Shown piece by piece: positions 13,829-26,970 of a stretch of DNA of 64,000 nt; positions within the stretch are counted from its first letter, which is position 1, and every line of letters begins with the position of its first letter. Both the position numbers and the translations under genes were made by a program. Origin of the DNA: Octopus vulgaris (taxonomy: Eukaryota); assembly GCA_951406725.2 (NCBI GenBank), contig OX597828.1, forward strand, positions 22,010,001 to 22,074,000, given 5' to 3'. The notes beneath the pieces were generated by a model that saw only the letters and a program-made list of their open reading frames with translations, was not told the DNA's origin and searched no databases.

Positions 13829-14101
13829 AACACACACACACACACACACACAAACACACATACACATAAATTAAAACGGTGGCTTATTAGCAATTAGAAC
13901 TTAAAGGCAAAATCAAGAGAAGTTACAAAAGTGATGGAAGGTACTGACTTATGCTAACATATGTGTTAGATTAACGCCAAAGGCACCAAAGCACTATGTA
14001 TAATGACTGACTAAGGGAGGTAAGTCCCTAGAGTATACATATGTGATTATATATATATGTATGTATAGATATATATATGTATATATGTATATGTATGTAT
14101 G

Positions 14102-14232
<131 letters not shown>

Positions 14233-14524
14233 TTGGAGTGTTTTGGAAATCCCTTGATACAGCTATAATATTTGGAGAGAAGTTTTTTGTCAAAGAGTTA
14301 AGATTGAGAAGAGAACCTTTTTAGAAAGTCGAAAGACACTAACCTTTGGGAAGAGATTTCACAAAATGTGTGTGGCATTTTTCTTTTATAGATGTGCAAG
14401 CGCTTTCAGTTCTTAACATTTTCAAGCACATATAGTGAAATTTGATTTCAGTAAAATTGTACCAGGACCAGCTACAAGCACACAAGGACTAAGCAACTTG
14501 CTTGACACAATTCTAAAACCCTTA

Positions 14525-14990
14525 TGGGCAGATAGTGTGTGCAATGGAAGGCTATGTGTGTTTCAGAAAGACTCAGCACTATCACACATGGCTCTATGGA
14601 TGGCTGAACATTTTCACGATCATATAAACCCTAACATTTATCCTCCAAATTCCCGAGACCTCAATTCATTGGACTATTACATGTGGAGCGTTGTTTCGAG
14701 AGAGATCACTGAACACGCCCATAGCATCGAAGATGCTTTGAAAGCTACCATAGTCAGAGTAATATCCAAACTGAACCAGGACCACTTGATTCGAGCATGT
14801 AGATGATTTAGGTTTCATATATATGCAGTTGTTGAAGCTGAATGTGGCTTTATACAATAGCATTATAGAAAAGAAGGCTTATTTTTATCCCCATAGCATT
14901 TTTTGATGAATAAAGTTATTATCAGGTATTATATGTTTTTTTCATAAACATGAATCTGTCTCTCCTCAAATGTCTTACGCACTATGTATA
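14525..14990 (+). mobile_element. Tc1/mariner (DD37D/maT-like) transposase 3' remnant
   Basis: FQKDSALSH...PPNSRDLNSLDYYMWSVV matches the family motif FQQDSAPAH...PPNSPDLNPLDYYVW. Confidence 0.8.
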
Positions 14991-14993
14991 TAC

Positions 14994-15028
<35 letters not shown>

Positions 15029-15268
15029 TGTGTGTGTATGTGTGTGTGTGTATCTTTGTGCCTGTGTTTGTTTCCCACTCACTCCATGACATCCGGTGTT
15101 AGTGTATTTATGTCCCAGTAAATTTTCTGTTAGGCAATAATACTCCAATAGCATAAGTACGAGGAATCAAGTTGATCCTGGAATCAACTTTATCCAACGT
15201 TATCCAGCATGGCCGCAGACAAATGACTGAAACAATTAAAAGAGCAAAAGAATAAAAGAATGAACGAA

Positions 15269-15364
<96 letters not shown>

Positions 15365-15606
15365 CCCTTTTGCCCCCTTTTTTCTTCTTTTTTCATTTCT
15401 CTTTTCTTTTGTTCCTTATCCTTTTTATTTATTTATTTATTTATTTATTTTTTGTTCTTTTCTTCCCTTTTACGATCCCTCTTGATCGAAAACCTACGCC
15501 ACCCCTTTTTTTCTTTTGTTTTTTGTTTTTTTCTTCCCCCCAAAGAAAAGCTCTACCTTGTAACTTGTCCCATCTGTGTGCAGCCCTGTATGGCCAATAA
15601 AGAAAC

Positions 15607-15672
<66 letters not shown>

Positions 15673-15896
15673 GTCTGTCTATCTATCTATATATCTAACT
15701 CTCTCTCTATCTCCACATATATGTAGGCCTGCGTGAGCGGTATATACGGTGTGAATGTGGGCGTATGTTTGTCACAAATGGTTTTAAAGAGAAGTATACG
15801 CATGCATTTAATAGAATAACGAATTCAGCGAAAATGAGCAATATGTGTTCAAAGAATTATATGCATATATATATATATACAAATACACACACACAT

Positions 15897-15937
<41 letters not shown>

Positions 15938-15988
15938 CCTTAATACAGATGCATAGATAGATACATGCATGCATATATATGTGCATAG

Positions 15989-16032
<44 letters not shown>

Positions 16033-16810
16033 GTTGGTATCTATGTATGTAAGCACGCATACACGTATATATTTAGCATACATAGAACACTCTCGTGGAC
16101 GTAGCAACTTCCCATATGAAACGCATACTCGCAAGTACACACACACACACACACACATACACACACACACGCACACACACATACACACACACCCACACGC
16201 ACACACACACAGACACTCAGAGAGAAAAGCAGACTGAAAAGAACAAAGAGGAAAACCCAATATTATTATCGAAGGCATAATTATTATTCACCCTGTACTT
16301 TGTAATGATCTGCGTTTGACATCCACACCTACTATTTTCTCATTAACGACTAATCAGTTTTAGTAAATTTAATATAAACAAAGCAACTAATACGGCGTAC
16401 TGATGCAGAAATATGAAAATGTCGAACAAAAGCAAACATTACTCGCTCTGCTGCTATAGACATTAAATTAATCAGAAAATAATGAACATTATATTATAAA
16501 CTGGGAAACTGGTTATAAAAATGTAGTTATTAGTTATAAATTATATTTGCATTGAGAGTGACGGTAAATGATATACTAAGATGGAAATGCGTGCATGGAT
16601 GTATATACGTGAATGTATCCATCGTTATGTACCTATGTATGTAGGTATGTGTGTAAATATGCGTATATGTCGACATACATATACATATAAGGAAGCAAAT
16701 ATATGTGTATCTATGTATAAATAAATACATAGATACACACAAGGATATAACATACATAAATATACATATATATATATACATGCATGTGTATATATGTATA
16801 TATATATATG

Positions 16811-16891
<81 letters not shown>

Positions 16892-17173
16892 GTATGTATA
16901 TATATTCATATTAGATTTTCTCTTGGTGGTTGCATTAATCGTTGTACTTACCTGACAAAAAGCCACCAATTGCTGTCTTTTCAAAAACGAAAAGTGCATA
17001 TAATAATATAATACATGTGTATATGTAATATATAATATGATATAATTTATATGAACTGAAGAGGTAAGGAAATCGAACCGATGAGTGTGTTAAATAATAT
17101 GGCACGACAAGAGAATTACTCTCCCCAGACACAATAACACACATACACACACACACATACATACTTACATATA

Positions 17174-18460
17174 AAGGGTACGGTGAATAAATTCTTTAAA
17201 TTACACAAAAATGAAAAAAACACAAACAACTCATTTTAATTTATATATATACCAAAATTACATAAAGTTATTTTGAAATACTAAAGAGTAAATTTATTTA
17301 ATAAAATTACCATTCGATTCGACCATGGCAACCAGATGACTTCGGAATCTCCTGCAACTCTTCTGGACAGTCTCCTTGTTTAAGTCGATGAATGCTGCCA
17401 TAATCCTTGTCTTCAATTCATCTTTGGTGTTACAAGGAGTTTTGTTGGTCTCTCGCTCAACTGCGCCCCACACATGATAATCAAGGGGCTTCCAGTCTAG
17501 GGAGTTAGGTGGCTAGATATCAGGGGTGATGTGGTCGCAGAAATTGTCTCACAGCCATGACAGGGGTTTTCCTGCTTGTGAGGTATAGACCAGAGTCCTG
17601 CTGCCAGACATAAGGTCTACGAGCAGCCACTCTCTTGACCCAGAGTAGCACTACCGCCTCCAGGCACTTGATGTAGGATTCCGTTTTGATTCTGAGGACG
17701 TGTGAGAAGGTGAATGGAGGCATAACGTCGACATCAAAAGTGATCACTTCAAACACCAGGATGTTGACTGGATGTTTGATTATTATCACTCTCAGGACAT
17801 GTTTTGGGGATACGACAAGCAAACAGTTGTTCTGTGTGTTCACTATCAGACGCTGGCTGAAATTTTTCTCGTCTGAGAAAAAACAAAGCATGTTCGGTTG
17901 GACAGAATACTTAAGTTTGTTCAAAAGCTTCGTAGCACGGTCTTTCCTCTTGTAATTGATGGCTTGGGATAAAAACTGGCCCTCTCTCATCTTGTATGAG
18001 GAATACCGAATGTCTCATGCACTATCTGCCTGATAAGAGGCTCAGACCCTCCCATGTTCCCGGAGATTGACCTGATTGTCTTGGAGGCCTGGATCACACT
18101 AACAAATTTAGGAGTTCTTTTCTCATCAGAACGATAAGAGTGAATTTTACGAGCTGCCGTATCTTCGTAATTACCATTAGATTCATCCAAATCTTTCCGA
18201 ATCTTCTGCGCTGTCCTTAGATTGACACCTAAACAATCAGAAATGTTCGTACTGGAGCTTCCGACGCGAATGGCAAGTATTAAAGCATGTCATTTCCAAA
18301 TTTGTGGCAGACTGAACTGCGCTATGGTGCTGTATTTCTCACAGACGGTGCCCAACTGACCCTACTATACACTGTATGCAACCAAATCAAAAACAAACAA
18401 TGCGCATGTGTGCGAAATTAGAAATATGCGGTGACTACAATCTATCCATCGTACCCAGTA
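17174..18460 (-). mobile_element. Degenerate near-full-length Tc1/mariner (DD37D/maT-like) element
   Basis: ORF 17520-17990 has FFSDEKNF and YVWQQDSG; PNSLDWKPLDYHVWG follows in a shifted frame. Imperfect TIRs GGGTACGGTGAATAAATT / GGGTACGATGGATAGATT. Confidence 0.88.
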
Positions 18461-18465
18461 TGCAT

Positions 18466-18688
18466 ACTCTTTTACTCTTTTACTTGTTTCGGTCATTTGA
18501 CTGCGGCCATGCTGGGGCACCGCTTTTAATCGAGCAACTCGAACCCGGGAATTATTCTTTTGTAAGCCCAGTACTTATTCTATCGGTCTCTTTTGCCGAA
18601 CCGCTAAGTAACGGGGACATAAACACACCAGCATCGGTTGTCAAGCAAAGCTAGGGGGACAAACACAGACACACACAAACACACACAA

Positions 18689-18719
<31 letters not shown>

Positions 18720-18890
18720 CATATATACGACGGGCTTCTTTCAGTTTCCGTCTACCAAATCCACTCACAAGGCTTTGGTCGGCCCGAGGCTATAGTAGAA
18801 GACACTTGCCCAAGGTGCCACGCAGTGGGACTGAGCCCGGAACCATGTGGTTGGTAAACAAGCTACTTATCACACAGCCACTCCTGCGCC
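18466..18890 (-). mobile_element. SINE family B, full copy
   Basis: Reverse complement closely matches 8540-8965. Confidence 0.92.
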
Positions 18891-18899
18891 TAATTTAGC

Positions 18900-19745
18900 C
18901 ATCTATTTCCTGGCGGTCGAGGCATCTCGGGAGGTAAGTCTGGGTATGTCTCTACCAACAAACAAAATTTTCTGGAATGATAGCATCAATGTTACACCTT
19001 GCGACTTGTATGACACGTACTCACCATTCTTCAATGGTCATGCCGGCTTCTTCTGCAGCTCCCAGGTCGCTGACCTTTTGCTGCAACTCAGCTTGAGCGA
19101 GGTCTCGTTTGACAGCTGCGTTAAAGGCAGAATGTTCCATTTCCGTACAATTAAGAAACGGCGAGTTGGGAGGCAAGAGCTTGGAGCTCAGCATGAACGG
19201 GTGGCTGCGCGTTGTCATAGATCAAGTAGACAGATTAGTCTGCCGAGAAAATGTCGGCACTTGCTGGAACTGTTTCCGCCAAGAACTCCTCCAAAGAGTT
19301 TCGTTTAACGGTATCGTGGACAGAAGAATCACGTAATTTATTTCTTCCTTGTAACTATAACAACATAATAAAATTTGCATGTCAAAACATATCGTTTAAA
19401 TTTGTCATTTTTAACATTCACTTCTTTGGATGTGAGAAGAAATAAATATGTAAGCATAGTGTTAAATTGAATACACAAATTTTGATCTCGAATGCCCACG
19501 CTCAAATTTGAATGCTCGAAAAGACGCTTCCTCACATTCCGTCTAATGTTGATTCTCTCGACGGGCATTTTAATTTAAATGATGTAAATGTTATATTCTT
19601 CGACTGAAGTGCGAAATTGAATGATCGAAAAACGAATTTGCATGACTAATTTCATGGCGCTATTTTTTTTTTTTTTCGCGACTGTCAATGACCCGATTAT
19701 AAAATTGAATGACAAACGTTCGAAAATGACTGCCAAAACTTGTAC
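18900..19745 (-). mobile_element. IS630/Tc1-like DDE transposase remnant
   Basis: LIYDNAQPPVH, then after a frameshift LPPNSPFLNCTEMEHSAFNAAVKR (family motif DNA..H...LPPYSPFLNPIE). Coding part is ~18900-19320; the right boundary is a guess. Confidence 0.65.
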
Positions 19746-20124
19746 TATCCATATCTGTGAAACTCATTGAAATTTCTGTGAACATCTGAACACTTGATGG
19801 TTGAAACATGTTTGTTCAATTTTCATGTTGTAGTTTTAAACTCTGCTAATCACCCCCTTTTCTTATATATATGTATACTATTGATGAGCAAAAACTTGTC
19901 GAACCTATCTAAAAACAACTATGCATTTTTTAAAATTCAGGTGCATTTTCAAACCCCACAACAAATTCTCTTATATTTTTTCCTACGTGGGAATACACTT
20001 CTTCTTTCAATATGAACACGCACGAACGCACACACACAAACACACACAACACGCAAACATTTGTATTATATAGTAGCAGTATAACCGGGCCTTGCCCAGG
20101 ATTAAGTTACGATTATTAAGTTAA

Positions 20125-20462
20125 TAAAAAAAAATTTTCTTAAATTTTTGGGGAAAATTTTCGAAAACCTTTTGAGGTAAATTTCTAGGGAAAATTTTCA
20201 AAAATTCTTGAAGAAAATTTTCAAAAAATTTTTCAAAAACTTTTCGAAAAACCTTTCAAAAATTTTTGGGGAAAATTTTCGAAAAATTTTTCAAAAAATT
20301 TGGGGAAAATTTTCGAAAAACTTTTCAAAAAATTTGGGGAAAATTTTCAAAGAATTTTTCAAAAATTTTTGGGGAAAATTTTCGAAAAATTTTTCAAAAA
20401 ATTTTGGGGAAAATTTTCGAAAAACTTTTGAGGAAAATTTTCAAAAAGTTTTTCAAAAACAT
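20125..20462. repeat. Degenerate AT-rich array of GGGGAAAATTTTCGAAAAATTTTTCAAAAAATTT-like units
   Basis: Direct reading; period ~36-37 bp with shorter sub-repeats. Confidence 0.85.
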
Positions 20463-21010
20463 ATTTGCAAACGTACTTGATGGATTTAACGGAGTTTCAA
20501 AACTCAACGTTGATGTGGGCATTGAAAGTCTTTGACAGGAGTGGGCAGTATGGAACAATCCATCTATTATCAATATCGTGCTGTCCGATAGTTGCTGTGA
20601 AACCTCTGTCTTCTGGTTTTCTCCGTCTTTATGATGGATACCCATCAGCACCTGTCTGAGTTTCTTGTAAGAATCTCCTTGGAAATCTTTTTGAACATAT
20701 GCTGTCCTTCAAGCATGGTGAGTTTATATGGAATCCACACCCACATGGACCATGTACCATGTTTGCTTTAACTATTTTGTATAGTTCTTTGTCTAAAGCT
20801 GAATCAGGAAGCTCTGCAGAGATTATGTTGTCGATGTCATTGGAATTGATCTTCGCTGAGAGCCAAAGCAGGATATGAGCATGTGGAAGGCCCCTTTTTT
20901 GCCACTCGATTGTGTACATGTCACATTGTATGGGCCCAAAGACTTGCCCTTTTTGTATGAGCTCCATGAGAGAGATTAACTTGAGATGGAAAACTCGGGC
21001 GTTGAGATTC
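20455..21010 (-). pseudogene. Helitron Rep (HUH/Y2 endonuclease) fragment
   Basis: ARVFHLK...IEWQKRGLPHAHILLW...MVHGPCG...DGYPS*RRR...DNRWIVPYCPLLSKTFNAHINVEF*NSVKSIKYVCKY; two stops. Confidence 0.93.
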
Positions 21011-23438
21011 CGGTTCGAATGTAAGGCAGGTTTGAAAGTGTTCCCAACCGTTATTATTTGTAGTGGTAGAGTGTTTATGCCGAATATGTACGTATGCATG
21101 TATATATATGTATGTATGCCTGTATATATGTACGAACGCCAAGTCACCACACAGTAGGACTGAACCCAAGACTATGTGTTTGGAACGTAGTTTGTTACCA
21201 CACAGCCACACCTGCCCCTATGTATGTGCGTGTGTGTGTGTGCGTATGTGTGTATGGGTAGATATATTATGCATGTATATATGTGTATATATATATGTGT
21301 ACATATTATATGTACATCTATATATATACATCTACACATAAAATACAAAATACAAAGTTATATCTTGATATCGCTAGTGATAACAATACTCAAAATATAT
21401 AACAGACTGGAATTGTAGGCCCGTCTCTTGCAATTTCGATCAATTGGATCTTGTCCTCCCTCTTGTATAGAAGTGTACGGCTGCAGCGAAACTCATTTTT
21501 GGACTTTCTTCTATCGAAGGCATTTTAACAAAAATGATTCCGTAAAGACGGTGAAAATATTGTCAATTTCCCCAAACAGGGATACAATTCAATTTTTAAA
21601 CAATAACCAAAGAACCTTCTCTGAAAGGGGGAGGGTTACGGTTTACAATTATTTAACAAATGCAACACAACAACGTTTCCCTGACGAGGAACCAACAAAC
21701 GTGATTACAATAGTCAAACAGTAATAATAATAACAAACCTTTTTAATTTATCCCCATTTATGTGAAACCACTTATTAAAGTTCAAGTCATTGATGCAATT
21801 TTATACGAATTGCTGATACACACACACACACACACACACATAATAAGGGTGAAAAATTGAATATTAATTTGATTCATATGAATTGAAAACCAGTGGTGTA
21901 GCATATAAGACCATAGCGGATCTTCTTCTAACAAAATGGATGACCATTGTTAATGGTTCATCCCTGTTACATAATACTTTCACTTTAATAGTGAAAGTGT
22001 CTGCATTACAAAAGAGAGATGTCTTTGTTTCACTTTTAACACGTAATACTGAAATAGTGGAGAATATATGATATTGCTGTGGTGTCGCCCTAGGGAAAAG
22101 TTAAGATTTTTTGCCGATGACACTCCCCGGACCTTAAGTAAGGCATGTGTAAAATTTGAATGAAATTGCTTGTGTAGTTCTCAAGTTTTAGGGAAACACA
22201 CAGACAGACAAACACACATTCTCAGTTTTATATATATAGAGATATGGTGGTTATTTTAACCAAATCAATTAAAATTTATTATTGTATGTATATTTAACTT
22301 TGTGAACTGTTCTTAGTTATTATTATGTATTAATTACCCAGTGCTTATTTAATCATATCAATTTAAATTTATTGAAAATATATTTAACTTTTTGAACACA
22401 ACAGGGTCCTTCTTCCCCCTTGTTGCTGATTATTTTATGTTTTCATGTAAGAATCTGGTAAATTTCCTAGATGCAAATGTCATATATTTTGTTCACAATA
22501 CTATAAGATTTTGCTCTTCTAACTATTTATCATGTATAGTCCTTATTTTTATTTTTAATCGCCCAAATTAGTTCACCTAGAGTGGCGCCAGCCTCCTTTT
22601 TTCTACCCCTATAGGGGTTTTCGTGATTAGCTATCTTTCTTTTTATATAATTTCCCATAGAACCTATATAGTATTAGTTGCGTCCTTCAGATACTATCTT
22701 ACACTCATGTATTATAGCTTTTCCGTTACAAAAATAATTCAATGGACAACTTTTTCCTTTGGGGCAATCGCAAGTTTATTTTTAGAAGCATTCCGTTTTT
22801 TACCAATAGAGATATGTTAGTATTCTGTGCCTTCAGAGTAATCCTCATTATATTTATTTTCTATGTTAGGAGTCACTACCATTAATCTAAGATTATTTAT
22901 GTCAGTTTCTTTACTGTTTTCGTTATTATCTGCTTTTATTGTTTTCTCTTTTATGTTTGTTGTTGTTGTTGTCAGTATTTGTATTTATATATGTTTTATC
23001 AATGTTTGTATTTCCTTTATCGTTTTCGTTGCTAATATTATGCTTATTTCTTTTTACAGGTTGTATATATTTAAATTCTAGCGGAGAGTCCCTAAAAGTT
23101 ACTTACATTCCTTCGTTTGCCGTGTACCTCATATTATCATTGAATTTCTCGCCATTACGGTCATTTAATAATTCATTTTTATATTCTTTACTCCTATTTT
23201 TGCAGAAAACATGTAATCTTTTAGTATGTTGTGCAGCAATTATTTGTGCTACGTTTTTTGATATGCAAAAACCGGCGCTTAAAATCTCCATCCGTTAGGA
23301 TGTGAAAAAATATCAGTCAATTTGCCGAGGTTTTTGAAAAATTTTTTAGCTTCATAGTGCACTTTAAATGCGTAAATAGGGATAAGAGCAATCAACCAAA
23401 TCAACCGAAACGCGGAGTAGGCTATATGAATGTCCTCA

Positions 23439-23669
23439 AGGCGGCGAGCTGGCAGAAACGTTAGCACGCCGGGCGAAATGCGTAGCCGTATTTTGTCTGC
23501 CGTTACATTCTGAGTTCAAATTCCGCCGAGGTCGACTTTGCCTTTATCCTTTCGGGGTCGATAAATTAAGTACCAGTTACGCACTGGGGTCGATGTAATC
23601 GACTTAATCCGTTTGTCTGTCCTTGTTTATCCCCTCTGTGTTTAGCCCCTTATGGGTAGTAAAGAAATA
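23439..23669 (+). mobile_element. SINE family A, full copy with 16-bp TSD; degenerate copies at ~27690-27880 and 58755-58960
   Basis: TSD TATATGAATGTCCTCA at 23423-23438 and 23670-23685; tRNA-like head with GAGTTCAAATTCC. Confidence 0.93.
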
Positions 23670-23805
23670 TATATGAATGTCCTCACTATTTCGGGACTAT
23701 GATAAGAAATGAATTGATTATCCTGTGTATGTATTTTGTTTACATTGTATTACTCACACACACACGCACACACACATACACATACACACCCCACCACACA
23801 TATAT

Positions 23806-24633
23806 ACAGCTTGCGGTAAATGAATTGCCGTTTGAATTACGCAAAATTAAAATAGCACTGACATCTCATTTCATGATATATTTACCCAAATTACATTAAC
23901 ATATCTTGAAATACTAAAGAGTAAATTTATTCACTAAAATCGCCATTGGTTTCAACCACGACCACCAGACGAATTTGGAAACTCCTGCAACTTTTCTGGA
24001 CAATTTCCTTGGTTAAGCTGGTGAATACTGCCATAATCCTTGCCTTCAGTTCATCTTAGGTGTTAGAAGGAATTTTGTTGGTCTCTCGCTCAACTGCGCC
24101 CCATACATAATAATCAAGGGGGTTTCAGTGTGATGAGTTTGGTGGCCAGATGTTAAGGGTGATGTGGTTGCAAAAATTGTCTGACAGCCATGACTGGGTT
24201 CTTCTGTTTGTGTGGCATGGTACAGAACCCTGTTGTCTCCCAGTAGCCACTCTTTTGTTCCAGAGCAGCACTACCGCCTCTATTCACTTGATGTAGGCAT
24301 CTGTGTTGATTCTGAGGCCGTGTGATCACTCCAAACACCATGATGTCGACTGGATGTTTGATTTTTGTCATTCTCAGTACATGTCCTCAGATTGCAATGT
24401 CCTTAGATCTTCATCCAAATACTCTGAAATATTCGTACTGGAACTTCCGGCGCGAATGCGAAGCAGGACAGCAAGTCGTTTCCACATTTCTGGCAGAGTA
24501 ATTGTGTTATAGTGCTGTGTCTCTCAGACGATGCTCAACTGACCCTACCATACTGCGTAGTCGATAAAATAAAAAACAAACAAATTACATACCCGAAATT
24601 AAGAATATAAAATGGCGACAATTTACTCATCGC
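23806..24633 (-). mobile_element. Internally deleted Tc1/mariner element, same family as 17174-18460
   Basis: Shared nucleotide blocks (TTGGTCTCTCGCTCAACTGCGCCCCA; GAAATACTAAAGAGTAAATTTATT) and peptide IKHPVDIMVFGVIT. Confidence 0.85.
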
Positions 24634-24835
24634 TGATGAGAACTTCGCCTAGCAAATTATTTAATTTGCTAATTAAAGTTCGAAACCTAGTTCCGGTTGT
24701 AAAACATGGTAAATGTTTTTTTATTTTTCTTTCCCTTTCAAACTGCTCTTAACTGTGGTTTGGACTTCTGACTGTTCCTTCTAGCATGTAAGGCGACCTG
24801 TTAAGAGTAACTTCTTTTTGTGTTTAAATGTACAC

Positions 24836-24875
<40 letters not shown>

Positions 24876-25619
24876 GAGAGAGATAGAGAGAGAGAGGCAT
24901 ATTATCATATTTGACAATAAGGATAGTCTGAGAAATATTTTTCTGCAGGTCAAAAGAAGCAATACGAATTCCTTTATAATATAAATTAATAGGAAGTATG
25001 ACTGGGTTCTTCTGTTTGTGTGGCATGGTACAGAATCCCAGTAGCCACTCTTTTGTTCCAGAGCAGCACTACCGCCTCTATTCACTTGATGTAGGCATCT
25101 GTGTTGATTCTGAGGCCGTGTGATCACTCCAAACACCATGATGTCGACTGGATGTTTGATTTTTGTCATTCTCAGTACATGTCCTCAGATTGCAATGTCC
25201 TTAGATCTTCATCCAAATACTCTGAAATATTCGTACTGGAACTTCCGGCGCGAATGCGAAGCAGGACAGCAAGTCGTTTCCACATTTCTGGCAGAGTAAT
25301 TGTGTTATAGTGCTGTGTCTCTCAGACGATGCTCAACTGAAATACGTCGATAAAATAAAAAACAAACAAATTACATACGAAATTAAGAATATAAAATGGC
25401 GACAATTTACTCATCGCTGATGAGAACTTCGCCTAGCAAATTATTTAATTTGCTAATTAAAGTTCGAAACCTAGTTCCGGTTGTAAAACATGGTAAATGT
25501 TTTTTTATTTTTCTTTCCCTTTCAAACTGCTCTTAACTGTGGTTTGGACTTCTGACTGTTCCTTCTAGCATGTAAGGCGACCTGTTAAGAGTAACTTCTT
25601 TTTGTGTTTAAATGTACAC

Positions 25620-25659
<40 letters not shown>

Positions 25660-25784
25660 GAGAGAGATAGAGAGAGAGAGGCATATTATCATATTTGACA
25701 ATAAGGATAGTCTGAGAAATATTTTTCTGCAGGTCAAAAGAAGCAATACGAATTCCTTTATAATATAAATTAATAGGAAGTATG
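24190..25784. repeat. ~0.8-kb direct tandem duplication (24190-24997 / 24998-25781)
   Basis: Nearly identical copies; identical ORFs at 24303 and 25101; ATG microhomology at the junction. Confidence 0.93.
24633..24705 (+). ncRNA. Hammerhead-like core with extended helix II and missing helix I 5' strand; duplicated at ~25417-25490
   Basis: CTGATGA GAACTT cgcc TAGCAAATT attt AATTTGCTA atta AAGTTC GAAA CC tagttcc GG TT. Confidence 0.6.
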
Positions 25785-26542
25785 TATTTAGAACATAAAA
25801 ATACGGAACGAAAGCCCTTATCAGTGATGTGTAAAAGTAGAAAATTGTTACAAGGCGTTGTTAATGGAATGCCTCATAGTAGTTAAAAATACTTCGTTGA
25901 CTCATTTACATTTAGTATTGTCATAATATACACCAGATGAACCAAATCTCCCTTATTTCCTTTCATGTTAATACTATATAATGCGTTATGTGCCTCATAT
26001 AAAAGCAACCCTGATCAAATGACTAGCATCTGCATTGACCTCATAATATAGTAAGGAACTATTAACTAAGTTTCCGTTCAGAATATTCGATTATTTAGTT
26101 TGTACTTACATATTCATGTAAAGTGAGGGCGGAAACACAACAAAGGAAAAGCGCATTGATTGATGTTCCCAATCTAAATCTAATCTTTGATTTATCGGAA
26201 ATATATTGATATATGAATTTAAATGTTCGCACAACAAAATTGGAAATATTTCGCTTTTCATCGTACTCAGGATTATCTTCTCATGTAAATTTTCACAAGA
26301 AATACAAAAACCCAAAATATTTGTTGAGTTTTCATGAATATTGTATAGAATACAGCTTGCTGTTTTTCAATGTTTCCTACGGAAAACTGTAAGTCATTAA
26401 ATTTGACAATGAAATACGAAACTAAATCTCGTTTTATTCGTCATGTTTGCGAGACCAAATGCAAATCCAACTCACTCACGTACATACATAGAAACACACA
26501 CACATACATACACGTATACATGCATTTCTTTATATATGTATA

Positions 26543-26575
<33 letters not shown>

Positions 26576-26602
26576 GGGGGGGGGGCATATATATATATAT
26601 AT

Positions 26603-26815
26603 GCGCAATGGCCTAGTGGTTAGGGCAGCGGACTCGCGGTCGCAGGATCGCCGTTTCGATTCTCAGACTGGCCGTTGTGTGTGTTTATTGAGCGAAAACA
26701 CCTAAAAAAGCTCTACGAGGCTTCGGCAGGGGGTGGTGATCCCTGCTGTACTCTTTCACTACAATGGCGGTGCCCCAGCATGGCCACAGCTCAAGAGCTG
26801 AAACTGGAAAAACAA
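26603..26815 (+). mobile_element. tRNA-derived SINE (family C, tRNA-Arg-like head) with a family-B-like tail
   Basis: GCGCAATGGCCTAGTGGTTAGGGCAGCGGACTCGCGGTC...GTTTCGATTC; homologous to 43186-43689 and 59083-59333. Confidence 0.85.
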
Positions 26816-26828
26816 AACAAACAAAAAA

Positions 26829-26866
<38 letters not shown>

Positions 26867-26970
26867 CCATGTATATATATGGTCACATATATATATATAT
26901 ACATATATTATTTAAAGGAAGTCCAGCTCTGTTTGTTTTTTTATGTTTTATTTATATTCTGTATAATATT

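Larger units (their letters stand above)
20073..22242 (-). mobile_element. Internally deleted Helitron with both termini and a Rep fragment
   Basis: 5' end A|TCTCTATATATATAAAACTG at 22242. 3' hairpin CCTGGGCAAGGCCCGG followed by CTGCTAC (CTAG variant) at ~20073. Termini resemble those at 46672-47176. Confidence 0.75.

Noticed and set aside
19015-19030. GTGAGT splice donor on the minus strand suggesting an exon
   Set aside because: It lies within a frameshifted DDE transposase remnant; no supporting acceptor or gene context.
19780-19830. Further hammerhead-like layout GAACA tCTGAACA...GAAA CATG TT TGTTC
   Set aside because: The 3-8 pair is broken and helix II is not formed; too degenerate to call.
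22700-23420. Semi-open minus-strand frame, possibly a LINE ORF1 relic
   Set aside because: Multiple stops and no motif I can name with confidence.
26603-26675. tRNA genes here and at ~32565-32640 and 59260-59333
   Set aside because: The cloverleaf acceptor stems are incomplete and the sequences continue into repeated SINE bodies; these are SINE heads.
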